Positions 18,360-28,611 are shown, numbered from the stretch's first letter. The stretch: 64,000 nucleotides of DNA from Calditrichales bacterium (GCA_965267575.1 OZ254086.1:3744001-3808000); one strand, 5' to 3'. Numbers and translations are program-made. The notes: generated from the sequence alone by a model not told the origin.

Positions 18360-20900
18360 ATGCCGCTTTATTTGCGTGCCGGGCTGCGCTACCTGTGGCA
18401 TCATCCCTGGCAAATCGGACTGGCGGTTATCGGCATAATCCTGGGTGTTGCCGTTGTTACCGGCATCGACCTGGCCAACGAGAGCGCGTTGCGTGCCTTC
18501 CGGTTGTCCACCGATCGCGTAAACGGCAAGACCACGCACCAGGTGCTCGGCGATGAAAGCGGCGTGCCCGATAGCGTCTATCTGCGCCTGCTGCGTGGTG
18601 GCGTGCGGCCGCTGGCGCCGGTCATTGAAAAAACCGTAATCGTCGACCCTGACTCGGCCGGGCACACGGTGACCATGCTTGGCGTGGACCTGTTTTCCGA
18701 ACGGCCTTTCCGCGATTACCTGACAGGTGTGGCAACACTGGATGATCAACCTGTTACCGGTCTGTTTTTTAACCGCGCGTCGGCGGTAGTTTCGGCTCCC
18801 TGGGCGGCTCAGCAGGGATGGGCCCTCGGCGATTCGCTGACGCTGCTGGTGGGTGCGCGTAAAGCCCAATTGCAGCTTGTCGCCCTGATAGAGCCGCAGG
18901 ATGATTATGACCGAAGCCTGGGCCGCGATCTTATTCTGACTGATATCGCGCGTGCCAAGCAACTAACAGGAAATCCGCGGCATCTCACACGCATAGACGT
19001 GATCATTGAAAACGAAGCCACCGAAGAGCGTATACGGCGCTTGCTTCCGGCGGGCATTCAGCTGCTGCGCTCCGAACAAAGGCCGCAAGCCAGCGAAACC
19101 CTGATCGCCACTTTTCAGCTTAATCTCAGCGCCCTGAGCATGCTGGCATTGATCGTCGGCCTGTTTTTGATTTACAACGCGCTGACATTTTCCGTTGTCC
19201 AGCGGCGGCGCTTTTTTGCTTCGTTGCGCGCGGTGGGCGTCACCAAAGGACAAATTTACATCCTGGTGCTGGGCGAGGCGCTGATTATCTCGCTTTTCGC
19301 GACGGCACTGGGTCTTGCGGCGGGCATCTGGCTGGGTGAGGTTCTCGTCGGCCTGGTAACGCAAAGCATCAGCGATCTCTATTTTGTGCTGCAGGTAAGC
19401 GATATTCAGCTGAGCGGCCTGACGCTGCTCAAAGCCGGTCTTCTCGGCACTGTCGGCACCTTGCTTGCCGCCTGGCATCCGGCCTACGAAGCGTCGCGGC
19501 ACACGGTATTAACCGTCATGCGTCGTTCCCGCGATGTAAGCAGGCAGCAATCGCGCCAGCCTTTATATGCTTTTACAGGGATTGTTTTATTGCTGGCGGC
19601 AGCAGCATTGCTTTACTTCAGCAGCTCGCTGGCGGCGGCGTTTGTCGCGGCGCTGTTGATCATCATCGGATTTGCCATTCTTACACCGTTGCTGATGGGC
19701 CTCGTATCGCGATTGTCGCGGCTCTTATCCGGCTCCGGTTTTTTGCGGCTTAAGATGGCCTTGCGGGCCATTACCGGCCAGCGCGGACGCACCGTTGTGG
19801 CAATCTCCGCATTGGCAATTGCCGTGGCCGCGGCCCTGGCTGTGGATATTATGGTGCGCAGCTTCCGCGAAACAGTGGTTACCTGGCTAAGCGCCACCAT
19901 CGATGCCGATGTATATGTCAGCGCGCCAACGCTTGTGGCACGACGCAATGATTCGCCTTTGCCGCCCAAAGTCATTCCGCTTATCCGCAACCACCCGCTT
20001 GTTGAAAAATCCAACGCCATCACCAACGTGCGTATCGTCCTGCCGCACAGTGAGCGGCCCGCCGAGCTGGTGGCCGTTGATGTTGCCAGGGGTGGCGAGG
20101 AGAAATTTAATTTAATCAGGGGAAACAACCGCGCCGCGTGGGAGTCGCTTAAGGAGGGCAGCGGCGCCATCGTTTCGGAGAGTTTTATATACAAACACGG
20201 CCTGGATTTTGGCGGTCGTGTCTCGCTGAATACGCCTTCCGGGCCGACCGATTTTGAGATCAGCGGCGTGTACCAGGACTACGCTACTGACCTCGGCGTG
20301 GTAATGATCGATATGCAGCGCTACCGTGATTTATGGCAGGACAGCACAATCTCCGGCCTTGGCCTGTTCCTGAAACCCGGATCGGGACCAGAAGAAGCCA
20401 TCGCTTCCATTAAGCAGGATATACCGGCGGGCATACGCCTGAATATTCGATCCAGCGACGAGCTTCTCAATACTTCCATGGCCGTTTTTGACCGCACTTT
20501 CCTTGTAACCGATGTCCTTAAAATGCTGGCGGTGCTCGTCTCTTTTGTCGGCATGGTCAGCGCCTTGCTGGCGCTGCAGTTGGAGCGCGTTTTTGAAAAC
20601 GGCGTCCTGCGGGCGATTGGTTTAACGCCCGGTCAGTTGCGCGGGCAGGTTTTCCTGCAATCTCTTTTGATGGGTGTTGGCGCGGCCATTCTGGCCATTC
20701 CGCTGGGCATGGGTCTGGCCTACATCCTTATAAATTACATCAACGTGCGCAGCTTTGGCTGGAGTCTGCCGCTCATCATTGGCGCTACACCCCTGGTGTC
20801 GGCAGTCATTCTTTCGTTGATCGCCTCGTTACTGGCGGCGGTTTATCCGGCCTGGTCCATGGCACGAATGAAAACGGCACGCGCACTGAGAATGGAGTAG
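18360..20900 (+). CDS. ABC transporter permease with two MacB-periplasmic/FtsX halves (AttF/G-type)
   Basis: Two TM clusters with SVVQRRR..LRAVG and ER..ENGVLRAIG motifs. Start placed at ATG 18360. Confidence 0.85.
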   Translation: MPLYLRAGLRYLWHHPWQIGLAVIGIILGVAVVTGIDLANESALRAFRLSTDRVNGKTTHQVLGDESGVPDSVYLRLLRGGVRPLAPVIEKTVIVDPDSAGHTVTMLGVDLFSERPFRDYLTGVATLDDQPVTGLFFNRASAVVSAPWAAQQGWALGDSLTLLVGARKAQLQLVALIEPQDDYDRSLGRDLILTDIARAKQLTGNPRHLTRIDVIIENEATEERIRRLLPAGIQLLRSEQRPQASETLIATFQLNLSALSMLALIVGLFLIYNALTFSVVQRRRFFASLRAVGVTKGQIYILVLGEALIISLFATALGLAAGIWLGEVLVGLVTQSISDLYFVLQVSDIQLSGLTLLKAGLLGTVGTLLAAWHPAYEASRHTVLTVMRRSRDVSRQQSRQPLYAFTGIVLLLAAAALLYFSSSLAAAFVAALLIIIGFAILTPLLMGLVSRLSRLLSGSGFLRLKMALRAITGQRGRTVVAISALAIAVAAALAVDIMVRSFRETVVTWLSATIDADVYVSAPTLVARRNDSPLPPKVIPLIRNHPLVEKSNAITNVRIVLPHSERPAELVAVDVARGGEEKFNLIRGNNRAAWESLKEGSGAIVSESFIYKHGLDFGGRVSLNTPSGPTDFEISGVYQDYATDLGVVMIDMQRYRDLWQDSTISGLGLFLKPGSGPEEAIASIKQDIPAGIRLNIRSSDELLNTSMAVFDRTFLVTDVLKMLAVLVSFVGMVSALLALQLERVFENGVLRAIGLTPGQLRGQVFLQSLLMGVGAAILAIPLGMGLAYILINYINVRSFGWSLPLIIGATPLVSAVILSLIASLLAAVYPAWSMARMKTARALRME

Positions 20901-20902
20901 TT

Positions 20903-22033
20903 ATGCGATTGTTGCTTTTGCCGATTCTGATCTTTCTGGCTGCCTGTACATCACCGCCGCCGGAGCAATTCGCCGTTGCAGACAGCGAGTCATTTACGCA
21001 ATACATGTCAGGCAGCGATACGGCAGGCTACAAGCGGGCTGTCGAACCGCGCGATTTCTCTTTTCCCGAAGACCACGGACCGCATTGGGGCTACAAAACC
21101 GAGTGGTGGTACATAACCGGCAATCTCAGCGCGGAAAACGGGCATCGTTTTGGCTATCAGATCACTTTTTTTAAGACGGCCATTGCAGCGGACAGCGCCG
21201 GATTGGAGGACGCCTGGGAATTTAGCAATATCTATATGGCGCATCTGGGCCTGAGCGATATTACCAATGAACAGTTTTATTCTTACGAACGCTTCCAGCG
21301 CGGGGCGGCCGGGCTGGCCGGAGCCCAAACAACGCCGTTCAGGGTGTGGCTGGATAACTGGAGCCTGCAACAAACTGAGCCCTTTAGCGCAACACGTTTT
21401 TCTGTCCGCTTTAACGCAGAAACGGAACAAGCTGCCATCACGCTGGATTACCGCGCACTGAAGGAGGCTGTTTTGCAGGGCGAAAAGGGGCTCAGTCAAA
21501 AAGGTCGCGGTGCGGGCAACGCGTCTTATTATTACAGCTATACAAGGCTGGCCACGAGCGGCCAAATCCTCCTGAATGGCCAAAGCTATGAAGTTGATGG
21601 TCTTTCCTGGATGGATCGTGAGTGGAGCACATCGGCATTGGAGGAACAGCAGGCAGGCTGGGACTGGTTCGCTCTGCAACTGGACGATGGCACGGATATC
21701 ATGTATTACCAGCTTCGTTTTAAAAACGGCGATGTTGACAGCCTGAGCCGCGGGACCTGGGTAAATGCCGATAACAGTTATGAAACAATCAACTACAAAG
21801 ACATGCAATTGACTGCCCTGGAGTACGCAACGGCCGGAAGTGGTACACGCTACCCGCTGAAATGGCGTATGCAAATTCCCGGCAGGCAAATGAATATTAC
21901 CGTAAGCGCAACGTTTACAGACCAGGAACACCGCCATTCTTTCCGCTATTGGGAAGGTGCCGTGATCGTCGGGGGGACGGTGGCCGGTGCGCCTGTTTCG
22001 GGGAGCGGTTACCTGGAGATGACAGGTTATTGA
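20903..22033 (+). CDS. AttH/CrtC-like lipocalin-fold lipoprotein (hydratase-like)
   Basis: Lipobox FLAAC, FPEDHGPH..TEWWY.TG, ASYYYSYTR, WMDREW, GWDWF, YWEG and GYLEMTGY. Confidence 0.85.
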   Translation: MRLLLLPILIFLAACTSPPPEQFAVADSESFTQYMSGSDTAGYKRAVEPRDFSFPEDHGPHWGYKTEWWYITGNLSAENGHRFGYQITFFKTAIAADSAGLEDAWEFSNIYMAHLGLSDITNEQFYSYERFQRGAAGLAGAQTTPFRVWLDNWSLQQTEPFSATRFSVRFNAETEQAAITLDYRALKEAVLQGEKGLSQKGRGAGNASYYYSYTRLATSGQILLNGQSYEVDGLSWMDREWSTSALEEQQAGWDWFALQLDDGTDIMYYQLRFKNGDVDSLSRGTWVNADNSYETINYKDMQLTALEYATAGSGTRYPLKWRMQIPGRQMNITVSATFTDQEHRHSFRYWEGAVIVGGTVAGAPVSGSGYLEMTGY

Positions 22034-22039
22034 AGTGCG

Positions 22040-22068
22040 GAATTGAATTGTTGAATTGATGAATTGTT
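22040..22068 (+). repeat. short tandem 8-bp repeat GAATTGWT
   Basis: gaatt-gaattgtt-gaattgat-gaattgtt just after the attH-like stop codon. Confidence 0.7.
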
Positions 22069-22209
22069 GCGTCCTGAACAGGTCGCGCTTTAGATAAGAA
22101 CGATCGCGATAACATACAAATCTGCCAATTTAATAATTCGGTTCGTTACTTGAACAAAACCGATCACCTTCCTAATTTGCCTTTGCTTTTTTAATTACAC
22201 GGAAAAATC

Positions 22210-22680
22210 ATGACTGAAAAAGAATACGCCTTGCTGCTACAGCAGGTGCGGGCTGTGCTGGAAGGCGAGCGCGACCTGATTGCCAATCTGGCCAACGTGA
22301 GCGCTTTGCTCTTTGAAACCCTGCCCGATGTAAATTGGGCCGGATTTTACCTGCGCCAAAAAGACGAGCTTGTGCTGGGACCGTTCCAGGGCAAAGTGGC
22401 CTGCGTGCGCATCGCATGGGGAAAAGGTGTCTGTGGGAGCGCCGCCGCGCAAAAGCAGACCGTCGTTGTCGAAGACGTGCACAGTTTTGAAGGGCATATA
22501 GCCTGCGACCCGGCGTCCAATTCCGAGATCGTTGTGCCGCTGATCGTGGGGGGAGAAGTCAAAGCAGTCCTCGACATTGACAGCCCGAAAACAGGACGCT
22601 TTGGCGATACGGACCGCCATTATCTGGAAGCTATCCGTGATACGATCGTTAAGGCCACTGATTTTGAGTACGCCTTATGA
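22210..22680 (+). CDS. msrC: GAF-domain free methionine-R-sulfoxide reductase
   Basis: NWAGFY, GPFQGKVAC, GKGVCG, GHIACD..SNSEIVVP and LDIDS. Confidence 0.9.
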   Translation: MTEKEYALLLQQVRAVLEGERDLIANLANVSALLFETLPDVNWAGFYLRQKDELVLGPFQGKVACVRIAWGKGVCGSAAAQKQTVVVEDVHSFEGHIACDPASNSEIVVPLIVGGEVKAVLDIDSPKTGRFGDTDRHYLEAIRDTIVKATDFEYAL

Positions 22681-23219
22681 CATATTGCAGTAACTGCGGC
22701 ACAAAGGTCGTTTTAAAAGTACCTGAAGGCGACAGCATCCCGCGCTACGTATGCGAGAATTGCCATACCATCCATTACAGGAATCCTAAAATGGTGGTGG
22801 GCTGTATTCCGGTTTGGCAGGGTAAGATCCTTATTTGCAAGCGGGCCATTGACCCGGCCTACGGCAAATGGACGGTACCCGCGGGTTTCCTGGAAAACGG
22901 CGAGACGGTGGAGCAGGGCGCGCTGCGTGAAACAGTGGAAGAAGCAGGCATCGATGTTGAGCTGGACGGATTGCACGCGGTATACAGCATTCCCCACGTA
23001 AACCAGGTTTATCTCGTCTTTAGGGCGCGCATGCTTAACGAATCCTTCAAACCGGGTGAAGAGACACTGGAGTGCCGCTTTTGCGATCCATCCGAAATTC
23101 CCTGGGAAGAGATTGCCTTTACCTCGATACGATTCTCCCTTAAAACGTATGTTGAAAATTTAGACAACCCCAACGGCGGGCCGTATATGGGCTATTTAGA
23201 TAAGCGGAAAATTAAATGA
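22677..23219 (+). CDS. Zn-ribbon Nudix hydrolase
   Basis: CSNCG, CENC..IHY.NP and Nudix box GFLENGETVEQGALRETVEEAG. Confidence 0.9.
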   Translation: MTYCSNCGTKVVLKVPEGDSIPRYVCENCHTIHYRNPKMVVGCIPVWQGKILICKRAIDPAYGKWTVPAGFLENGETVEQGALRETVEEAGIDVELDGLHAVYSIPHVNQVYLVFRARMLNESFKPGEETLECRFCDPSEIPWEEIAFTSIRFSLKTYVENLDNPNGGPYMGYLDKRKIK

Positions 23220-24244
23220 AACGATCTTTTGCCAGTGACAATAACGCCGGCGTGCATCCCCGGATTTTGGAAGCGCTGCAACAAGCCAATGTCGGGCATG
23301 AAATAGGCTATGGTGACGACCCTTACACGCGTTCGGCCATCACAACTTTTAAGAAACATCTGGGCGTTGAGGCTGAAATATTTTTTGTATTTGGCGGCAC
23401 AGGCGCGAATGTGGCTGGCCTCAGCACGATCAGCCAATCCTTCCATTCCATCATTTGCGCGGAAACGGCTCATATCAACGTGGATGAATGCGGCGCGCCG
23501 GAAAAATTCAGCGGCAGCAAGCTGATCGCCATCCCAACGCCGGACGGCAAGCTGACGCCCGACATGATCCGTTCCCACCTGCACGGTTTTGGCTTTGAGC
23601 ACCACAGCCAGCCTAAAGTCATCTCTATCACCCAGAGCTCGGAAATGGGCACGGTTTACAGCATTAATGAAATAAAGGCTTTACGCGCCCTGGCCGATGA
23701 GTTTGATCTTTTCCTGCACATGGATGGCGCCCGTATTTGCAATGCCGCAGCTGCGCTCGATTGCTCCCTTGCCGACATCACGGGCAAAGCCGGCGTGGAT
23801 GTGCTTTCGTTCGGCGGCAATAAAAACGGATTGATGTTTGGCGAAGCTGTTGTTTTCTTTAATCCCGGGTTGGCACGCAATTTTAAGTATATCCGCAAGC
23901 AGAGCATGCAGCTTTATTCCAAAATGCGCTTTGTTTCGACGCAATTTGACGTTTTTCTGAAAGAAGGATTGTGGCTCGAAAACGCGAAACATGCCAACGC
24001 CATGGCCCGCTATCTTGCCGATAAACTGCAGGGCATAAAGCAGGTCCGCATCACTCAGCCGGTGCAGGTGAATGCCGTTTTTGCGGAAATACCCAAAGAT
24101 AAAATCGCCGCCTTACAGAAAGAATTTTTCTTCTATGTTTGGAACGAGCAAACCGGCGAAGTGCGCTGGATGACAGCATTTGATACCACCAAAGAAGATG
24201 TGGATGGTTTTGTGGAAGCGGTGAAAAAAGTGTTAAAGTGCTAA
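23216..24244 (+). CDS. ltaE: low-specificity L-threonine aldolase
   Basis: FASDN, YGDD, GTGAN, HINVDECGAPE, HMDGAR and SFGGNKNG. Confidence 0.88.
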   Translation: MKRSFASDNNAGVHPRILEALQQANVGHEIGYGDDPYTRSAITTFKKHLGVEAEIFFVFGGTGANVAGLSTISQSFHSIICAETAHINVDECGAPEKFSGSKLIAIPTPDGKLTPDMIRSHLHGFGFEHHSQPKVISITQSSEMGTVYSINEIKALRALADEFDLFLHMDGARICNAAAALDCSLADITGKAGVDVLSFGGNKNGLMFGEAVVFFNPGLARNFKYIRKQSMQLYSKMRFVSTQFDVFLKEGLWLENAKHANAMARYLADKLQGIKQVRITQPVQVNAVFAEIPKDKIAALQKEFFFYVWNEQTGEVRWMTAFDTTKEDVDGFVEAVKKVLKC

Positions 24245-24261
24245 GGTATTTAAGTGTTAAT
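24230..24261 (+). repeat. degenerate tandem 8-bp repeat GTGTTAAR spanning the ltaE stop
   Basis: gtgttaaa-gtgctaag-gtatttaa-gtgttaat. Confidence 0.55.
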
Positions 24262-24302
24262 TTGCCACGATAATTATTATTATGTCATAATCAGACCGTC
24301 CA

Positions 24303-25283
24303 ATGAGTATGGGTCTTGAGGTGAACAAAATAATCATTGGCATCCATGGACTGGGCAATAAGCCGTCTCCATCATTATTAGAGCGTTGGTGGAAAAAGTC
24401 TATGCTGGAAGGCCTGAATCGTATTGATTCTCCACGCAAAAACATTCCCTTCAAGAACGTATATTGGGCGGATATTTTACACGATAAGTCACTGAAACCA
24501 TGGATCTGGCGCAAAGACCACCCGCTCTATCTGGAAGAGCGTTATTTCCCTTCAGAAAACCTACCCCGTCCCGAAAAATCCGGCTGGCGCGCATCCATCA
24601 CCAAATACATTGAACAGCAATTAGACAGGGTATTTTTAACCAAGGATATGCAACTTAATTATTCGGGTATAACCGACAGGATAATCCGTCACTATTTCGC
24701 CGAACTGGAAATTTATTTTTCAGGCAAACCGTCAATAATTAATCCATCTAAGCCTGCGCGGGAGCTTATTCATGAGCGCCTGCTGGCAATTCTGAAAAAT
24801 TACAATTCCCATGAAATTCTGTTGATCAGTCATTCCATGGGGTCCATCGTTGCCTACGACGTGCTGACGGCAGCGCCGGAAGATATAAAGATAAATACAC
24901 TCGTAACCATCGGATCGCCGCTGGGATTACCGGTTGTAGTAGGGAAAATATTCAGCCAGCAAAAACGGCTGTTTCCGCAGCAAACGGCATTAAGGGCGCC
25001 GGAGAATGTAAAAAACAAATGGTACAATCTTTCAGATGCTGAAGACAGAATAGCGTTGGACCATACCCTGGCAGATGATTATCAGCCAAACACTCACGGC
25101 GTAAAGGCGCAAGACTTCGATGTATACAATGATTACCGGGCCAACGGGGAACGCAATCCGCATAAATCTTACGGTTATCTGCGAACGCCTGAACTGGCAA
25201 AGATCATTGACGACTTTCTGGGAGTCCCAAAGAAGAAAAAAAGCTTAAAAGAAAAGGCTTTAGATTTTTTAGGATTGCGATAA
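24303..25283 (+). CDS. alpha/beta-hydrolase fold protein (lipase-like), function unknown
   Basis: IHGLG oxyanion motif, SHSMGS nucleophile elbow, TIGSPLG, D..D and NPH candidate triad residues. Confidence 0.7.
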   Translation: MSMGLEVNKIIIGIHGLGNKPSPSLLERWWKKSMLEGLNRIDSPRKNIPFKNVYWADILHDKSLKPWIWRKDHPLYLEERYFPSENLPRPEKSGWRASITKYIEQQLDRVFLTKDMQLNYSGITDRIIRHYFAELEIYFSGKPSIINPSKPARELIHERLLAILKNYNSHEILLISHSMGSIVAYDVLTAAPEDIKINTLVTIGSPLGLPVVVGKIFSQQKRLFPQQTALRAPENVKNKWYNLSDAEDRIALDHTLADDYQPNTHGVKAQDFDVYNDYRANGERNPHKSYGYLRTPELAKIIDDFLGVPKKKKSLKEKALDFLGLR

Positions 25284-25302
25284 AAGCAGGACACATCTAA
25301 AT

Positions 25303-25329
25303 AAAAAAAGGCCGCCGTTTGGCGACCTT
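25303..25329 (-). terminator. intrinsic terminator downstream of tRNA-Ala
   Basis: Minus strand AAGGTCGCC-aaac-GGCGGCCTT followed by T-run. Confidence 0.7.
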
Positions 25330-25333
25330 GGTG

Positions 25334-25406
<73 letters not shown>

Positions 25407-25495
25407 GCTTAAAAACGAGTTTGTAATATACAGATCGCTTTTTATTCATGCAATAAATTAAGCTCGCTTTTTTGCCACAAAAACCCGTTGTTATG

Positions 25496-25524
25496 TTGAC
25501 TCAGTCGGTTTATAACCTTAGATT
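25496..25524 (+). promoter_or_regulatory. candidate sigma70 promoter for the Rrf2-suf operon
   Basis: TTGACT-N17-TAGATT. Confidence 0.45.
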
Positions 25525-25585
25525 TATGATCTTATGAATTAATAATTATAAACAGGAATGATACTTCCTGTTTTTTTGTTGAAAA

Positions 25586-25610
25586 AAACTGGACTAAATA
25601 AGTCGGATAT
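25586..25610. promoter_or_regulatory. IscR type-1-like Rrf2 operator
   Basis: AAACTGGACTAAATAAGTCGGATAT matches the GACT-N5-AGTC core of IscR type-1 sites and abuts the Rrf2 start codon. Confidence 0.6.
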
Positions 25611-26069
25611 ATGCTGCGCCTTAGCAAAAAAGTGGAATACGCGTTAATCGCCCTGATGGATTTGGCCCGTGATGAGGGCTTTGATCCTGTAACAACCAAA
25701 ACGTTGTCGAAGCAGTACAGCATCCCTTATGATTTGCTGAGTAAGGTGTTGCAGTCTTTGACGCGCAAGGGCTTGCTGCAATCGGTACAGGGTGTACGCG
25801 GTGGCTACGTTCTGGCGCGCAAGGCGGAAATAATCACACTTAAAGAGGTGATTGAAGTTATGGAAGGGCCGATTGCGCTGATTCCATGCAACCATGAAAA
25901 CGAATGCGGCTGTCAACAATTTGACGGGTGCACCATTAAATCGCCAATGGAGATAATCCAGATGGAATTGTCCAAGTATTTTCAAAACATAAGCGTAAAG
26001 GACCTGGAAAGTCGCTACAACAGGGCGCATGAAAAAGTAATCCAAATCGGAGAGCCGTATGCCCGATAA
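25611..26069 (+). CDS. Rrf2 family transcriptional regulator (IscR/SufR-like)
   Basis: MLRLSKKVEYAL, S..GVRGGY.LAR, EGP and a Cys cluster (PCNHENECGCQQFDGC). Confidence 0.92.
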   Translation: MLRLSKKVEYALIALMDLARDEGFDPVTTKTLSKQYSIPYDLLSKVLQSLTRKGLLQSVQGVRGGYVLARKAEIITLKEVIEVMEGPIALIPCNHENECGCQQFDGCTIKSPMEIIQMELSKYFQNISVKDLESRYNRAHEKVIQIGEPYAR

Positions 26070-26361
26070 AGAGGAAATCCAGTATGCTTTGCGCAATGTG
26101 TATGATCCGGAAATACGGGTAAATATTTTTGATTTAGGTTTGATTTATAATATTGACATAAATGATTCGGTCGTTCGGGTTGAGATGACCCTTACGTCGC
26201 CGAATTGCCCGGCCAGTGAGCAGCTTAAACAGGATGTGGTGAATGCGGTTTACGGCTGCAGCAACGTCGACGACGTGGCGCTGGAACTGGTGTGGGATCC
26301 GCCGTGGGAACCATCGCGCATGAGCGAGGAAGCACGGTTGGAATTAGGGTATGATATATAA
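26059..26361 (+). CDS. DUF59/SufT Fe-S assembly protein
   Basis: [22 protein letters not shown] and WDPPW. Confidence 0.92.
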   Translation: MPDKEEIQYALRNVYDPEIRVNIFDLGLIYNIDINDSVVRVEMTLTSPNCPASEQLKQDVVNAVYGCSNVDDVALELVWDPPWEPSRMSEEARLELGYDI

Positions 26362-26390
26362 AGAATGTTAAAAGAAAGGACCATGCGTAT

Positions 26391-27836
26391 ATGAGCACGG
26401 AAACCGAATATTTAGAGTCTATTGCCAATAAAGAATATAAATACGGCTTTACGACGGATATCGAAGCCGAGACGCTGCCACCGGGTCTCAATGAGGATGT
26501 TATAAGAGCCATCTCCGCCAAAAAAGAAGAACCTGAGTGGATGTTGGAATGGCGGCTTAAAGCCTATCGTCATTGGCTCAAAATGACCGAGCCCAACTGG
26601 GCCAAGGTTCATTATCAGAAGATCGATTATCAAAAGGTAAGCTACTTTTCGGCGCCGAAGAAAAAGCCGCAGTTGGAAAGCCTGGATGAGGTTGATCCGG
26701 AGTTGCTGCGCACGTACGAAAAGCTGGGTATTCCGCTGGAAGAGCAAAAACTGCTGGCCGGCGTCGCGGTAGATGCTGTCTTCGATAGTGTTTCGGTAGC
26801 AACAACCTTTAAAGAAAAGTTGGCTGATATGGGCATCATCTTTTGCTCCATGTCGGAGGCGGTAAAAAAACACCCTGAACTGGTTAAAAAACATCTTGGT
26901 TCGGTAGTGCCGTACACGGATAACTTTTTCGCCACCCTTAATTCCGCTGTTTTCAGCGACGGTTCATTTGTATATGTACCGAAAGGTGTTCGCTGTCCGA
27001 TGGAATTGTCCACTTATTTCCGCATCAACGCACAGAATACGGGACAATTTGAGCGTACGCTGATCGTTGCCGAAGAGGGCAGCTATGTCAGTTACCTGGA
27101 AGGCTGTACCGCTCCGATGCGTGACGAAAACCAGTTGCATGCTGCCGTCGTAGAAATCGTGGCACTAAAGGATGCCGAAGTTAAATACTCCACCGTTCAG
27201 AACTGGTATCCCGGTGATGATAAGGGTAAAGGAGGTATTTATAACTTTGTAACAAAACGCGGTATCTGCAAGGGCGATAATTCCAAAATCAGCTGGACGC
27301 AGGTAGAAACCGGTTCGGCGATCACCTGGAAATACCCCAGCGTGATCCTGAAGGGTGACAATTCTGTTGGAGAATTTTATTCGGTGGCTATGACCAACCG
27401 TTTCCAGCAAGCCGACACGGGTACCAAAATGATTCACATCGGTAAGAACACGCGCAGCAACATTGTCTCCAAAGGTATCTCCGCAGGGAAGAGCAATAAC
27501 TCTTACCGCGGCGAAGTCAAAGTGATGAAGAACGCCGAAAACGCGCGCAACTTTTCACAGTGCGACTCCTTGCTGATTGGCGATAAATGCGGAGCCCACA
27601 CGTTCCCCTACATTGAAGTGGGGAATACAACAGGTAAAGTAGAACACGAAGCCACGACTTCAAAAATCGGCGAAGACCAGATATTTTACTGCAACCAGCG
27701 CGGGCTGGACACAGAGCAGGCGGTTTCGCTGATCGTTAACGGCTATTGCAAAGAGGTTTTCCGCGAGCTGCCGATGGAGTTTGCCGTCGAAGCGCAGAAC
27801 CTGCTCAGCATCAGCCTGGAAGGAAGTGTTGGCTAA
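26391..27836 (+). CDS. sufB: Fe-S cluster assembly protein SufB
   Basis: [32 protein letters not shown] and TWKYPS. Confidence 0.98.
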   Translation: MSTETEYLESIANKEYKYGFTTDIEAETLPPGLNEDVIRAISAKKEEPEWMLEWRLKAYRHWLKMTEPNWAKVHYQKIDYQKVSYFSAPKKKPQLESLDEVDPELLRTYEKLGIPLEEQKLLAGVAVDAVFDSVSVATTFKEKLADMGIIFCSMSEAVKKHPELVKKHLGSVVPYTDNFFATLNSAVFSDGSFVYVPKGVRCPMELSTYFRINAQNTGQFERTLIVAEEGSYVSYLEGCTAPMRDENQLHAAVVEIVALKDAEVKYSTVQNWYPGDDKGKGGIYNFVTKRGICKGDNSKISWTQVETGSAITWKYPSVILKGDNSVGEFYSVAMTNRFQQADTGTKMIHIGKNTRSNIVSKGISAGKSNNSYRGEVKVMKNAENARNFSQCDSLLIGDKCGAHTFPYIEVGNTTGKVEHEATTSKIGEDQIFYCNQRGLDTEQAVSLIVNGYCKEVFRELPMEFAVEAQNLLSISLEGSVG

Positions 27837-27873
27837 TAACCAGAGTGTATAAGGAAAGGAAAACAGGACAAAG

Positions 27874-28611
27874 ATGTTAGAAATATCAAATTTAAGAGCT
27901 GCCGTTGAGGGCAAAGAAATTCTCAAAGGCATCGACATGAAAGTCAATCCCGGCGAAGTACACGCTATCATGGGCCCAAATGGCTCGGGAAAAAGCACGC
28001 TGGCCAATATTCTCGCCGGACGTGAAGAATACGAAATCCTGGAAGGATCAATCACCTACAAGGGCGAAGATATCCTGGAACTCGGTCCCGAGGAGCGGGC
28101 GCATAAAGGCATGTTTCTGGCTTTTCAGTATCCGGTGGAGATCCCCGGTGTAAGTAACATGTATTTTCTGCGTACCGCGCTGAATGCCATTCGTACGGCA
28201 CGTGGCGAAGAAGAAATCGATGCGGCGCAATTTTTGAAACTGGCCAAGGAGAAGATGGAACTGGTAAAAATGAGTAAGGGCCTGATGAACCGCGCTGTAA
28301 ACGAAGGTTTCTCCGGTGGTGAGAAAAAACGCAATGAGATCTTTCAGATGGCCGTTCTGGAACCGGAACTCTCGATTTTGGATGAAACCGATTCGGGACT
28401 GGACATTGACGCCTTAAAGATCGTTGCCAACGGCGTTAACACGCTGCGTACGGATAAAAATGCTACGATTGTTGTAACGCACTATCAGCGTCTGTTGAAT
28501 TACATCATCCCTGATTATGTACACGTTCTTCAGGAAGGACGAATCGTTAAATCCGGGGATAAGGACCTGGCGCTGCAATTGGAAGAAAAAGGCTACGACT
28601 GGTTAGCTTAA
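27874..28611 (+). CDS. sufC: Fe-S cluster assembly ATPase SufC
   Basis: MGPNGSGKST, AFQYPVEIPGV, GFSGGEKKRNE and DETDSGLD. Confidence 0.98.
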   Translation: MLEISNLRAAVEGKEILKGIDMKVNPGEVHAIMGPNGSGKSTLANILAGREEYEILEGSITYKGEDILELGPEERAHKGMFLAFQYPVEIPGVSNMYFLRTALNAIRTARGEEEIDAAQFLKLAKEKMELVKMSKGLMNRAVNEGFSGGEKKRNEIFQMAVLEPELSILDETDSGLDIDALKIVANGVNTLRTDKNATIVVTHYQRLLNYIIPDYVHVLQEGRIVKSGDKDLALQLEEKGYDWLA

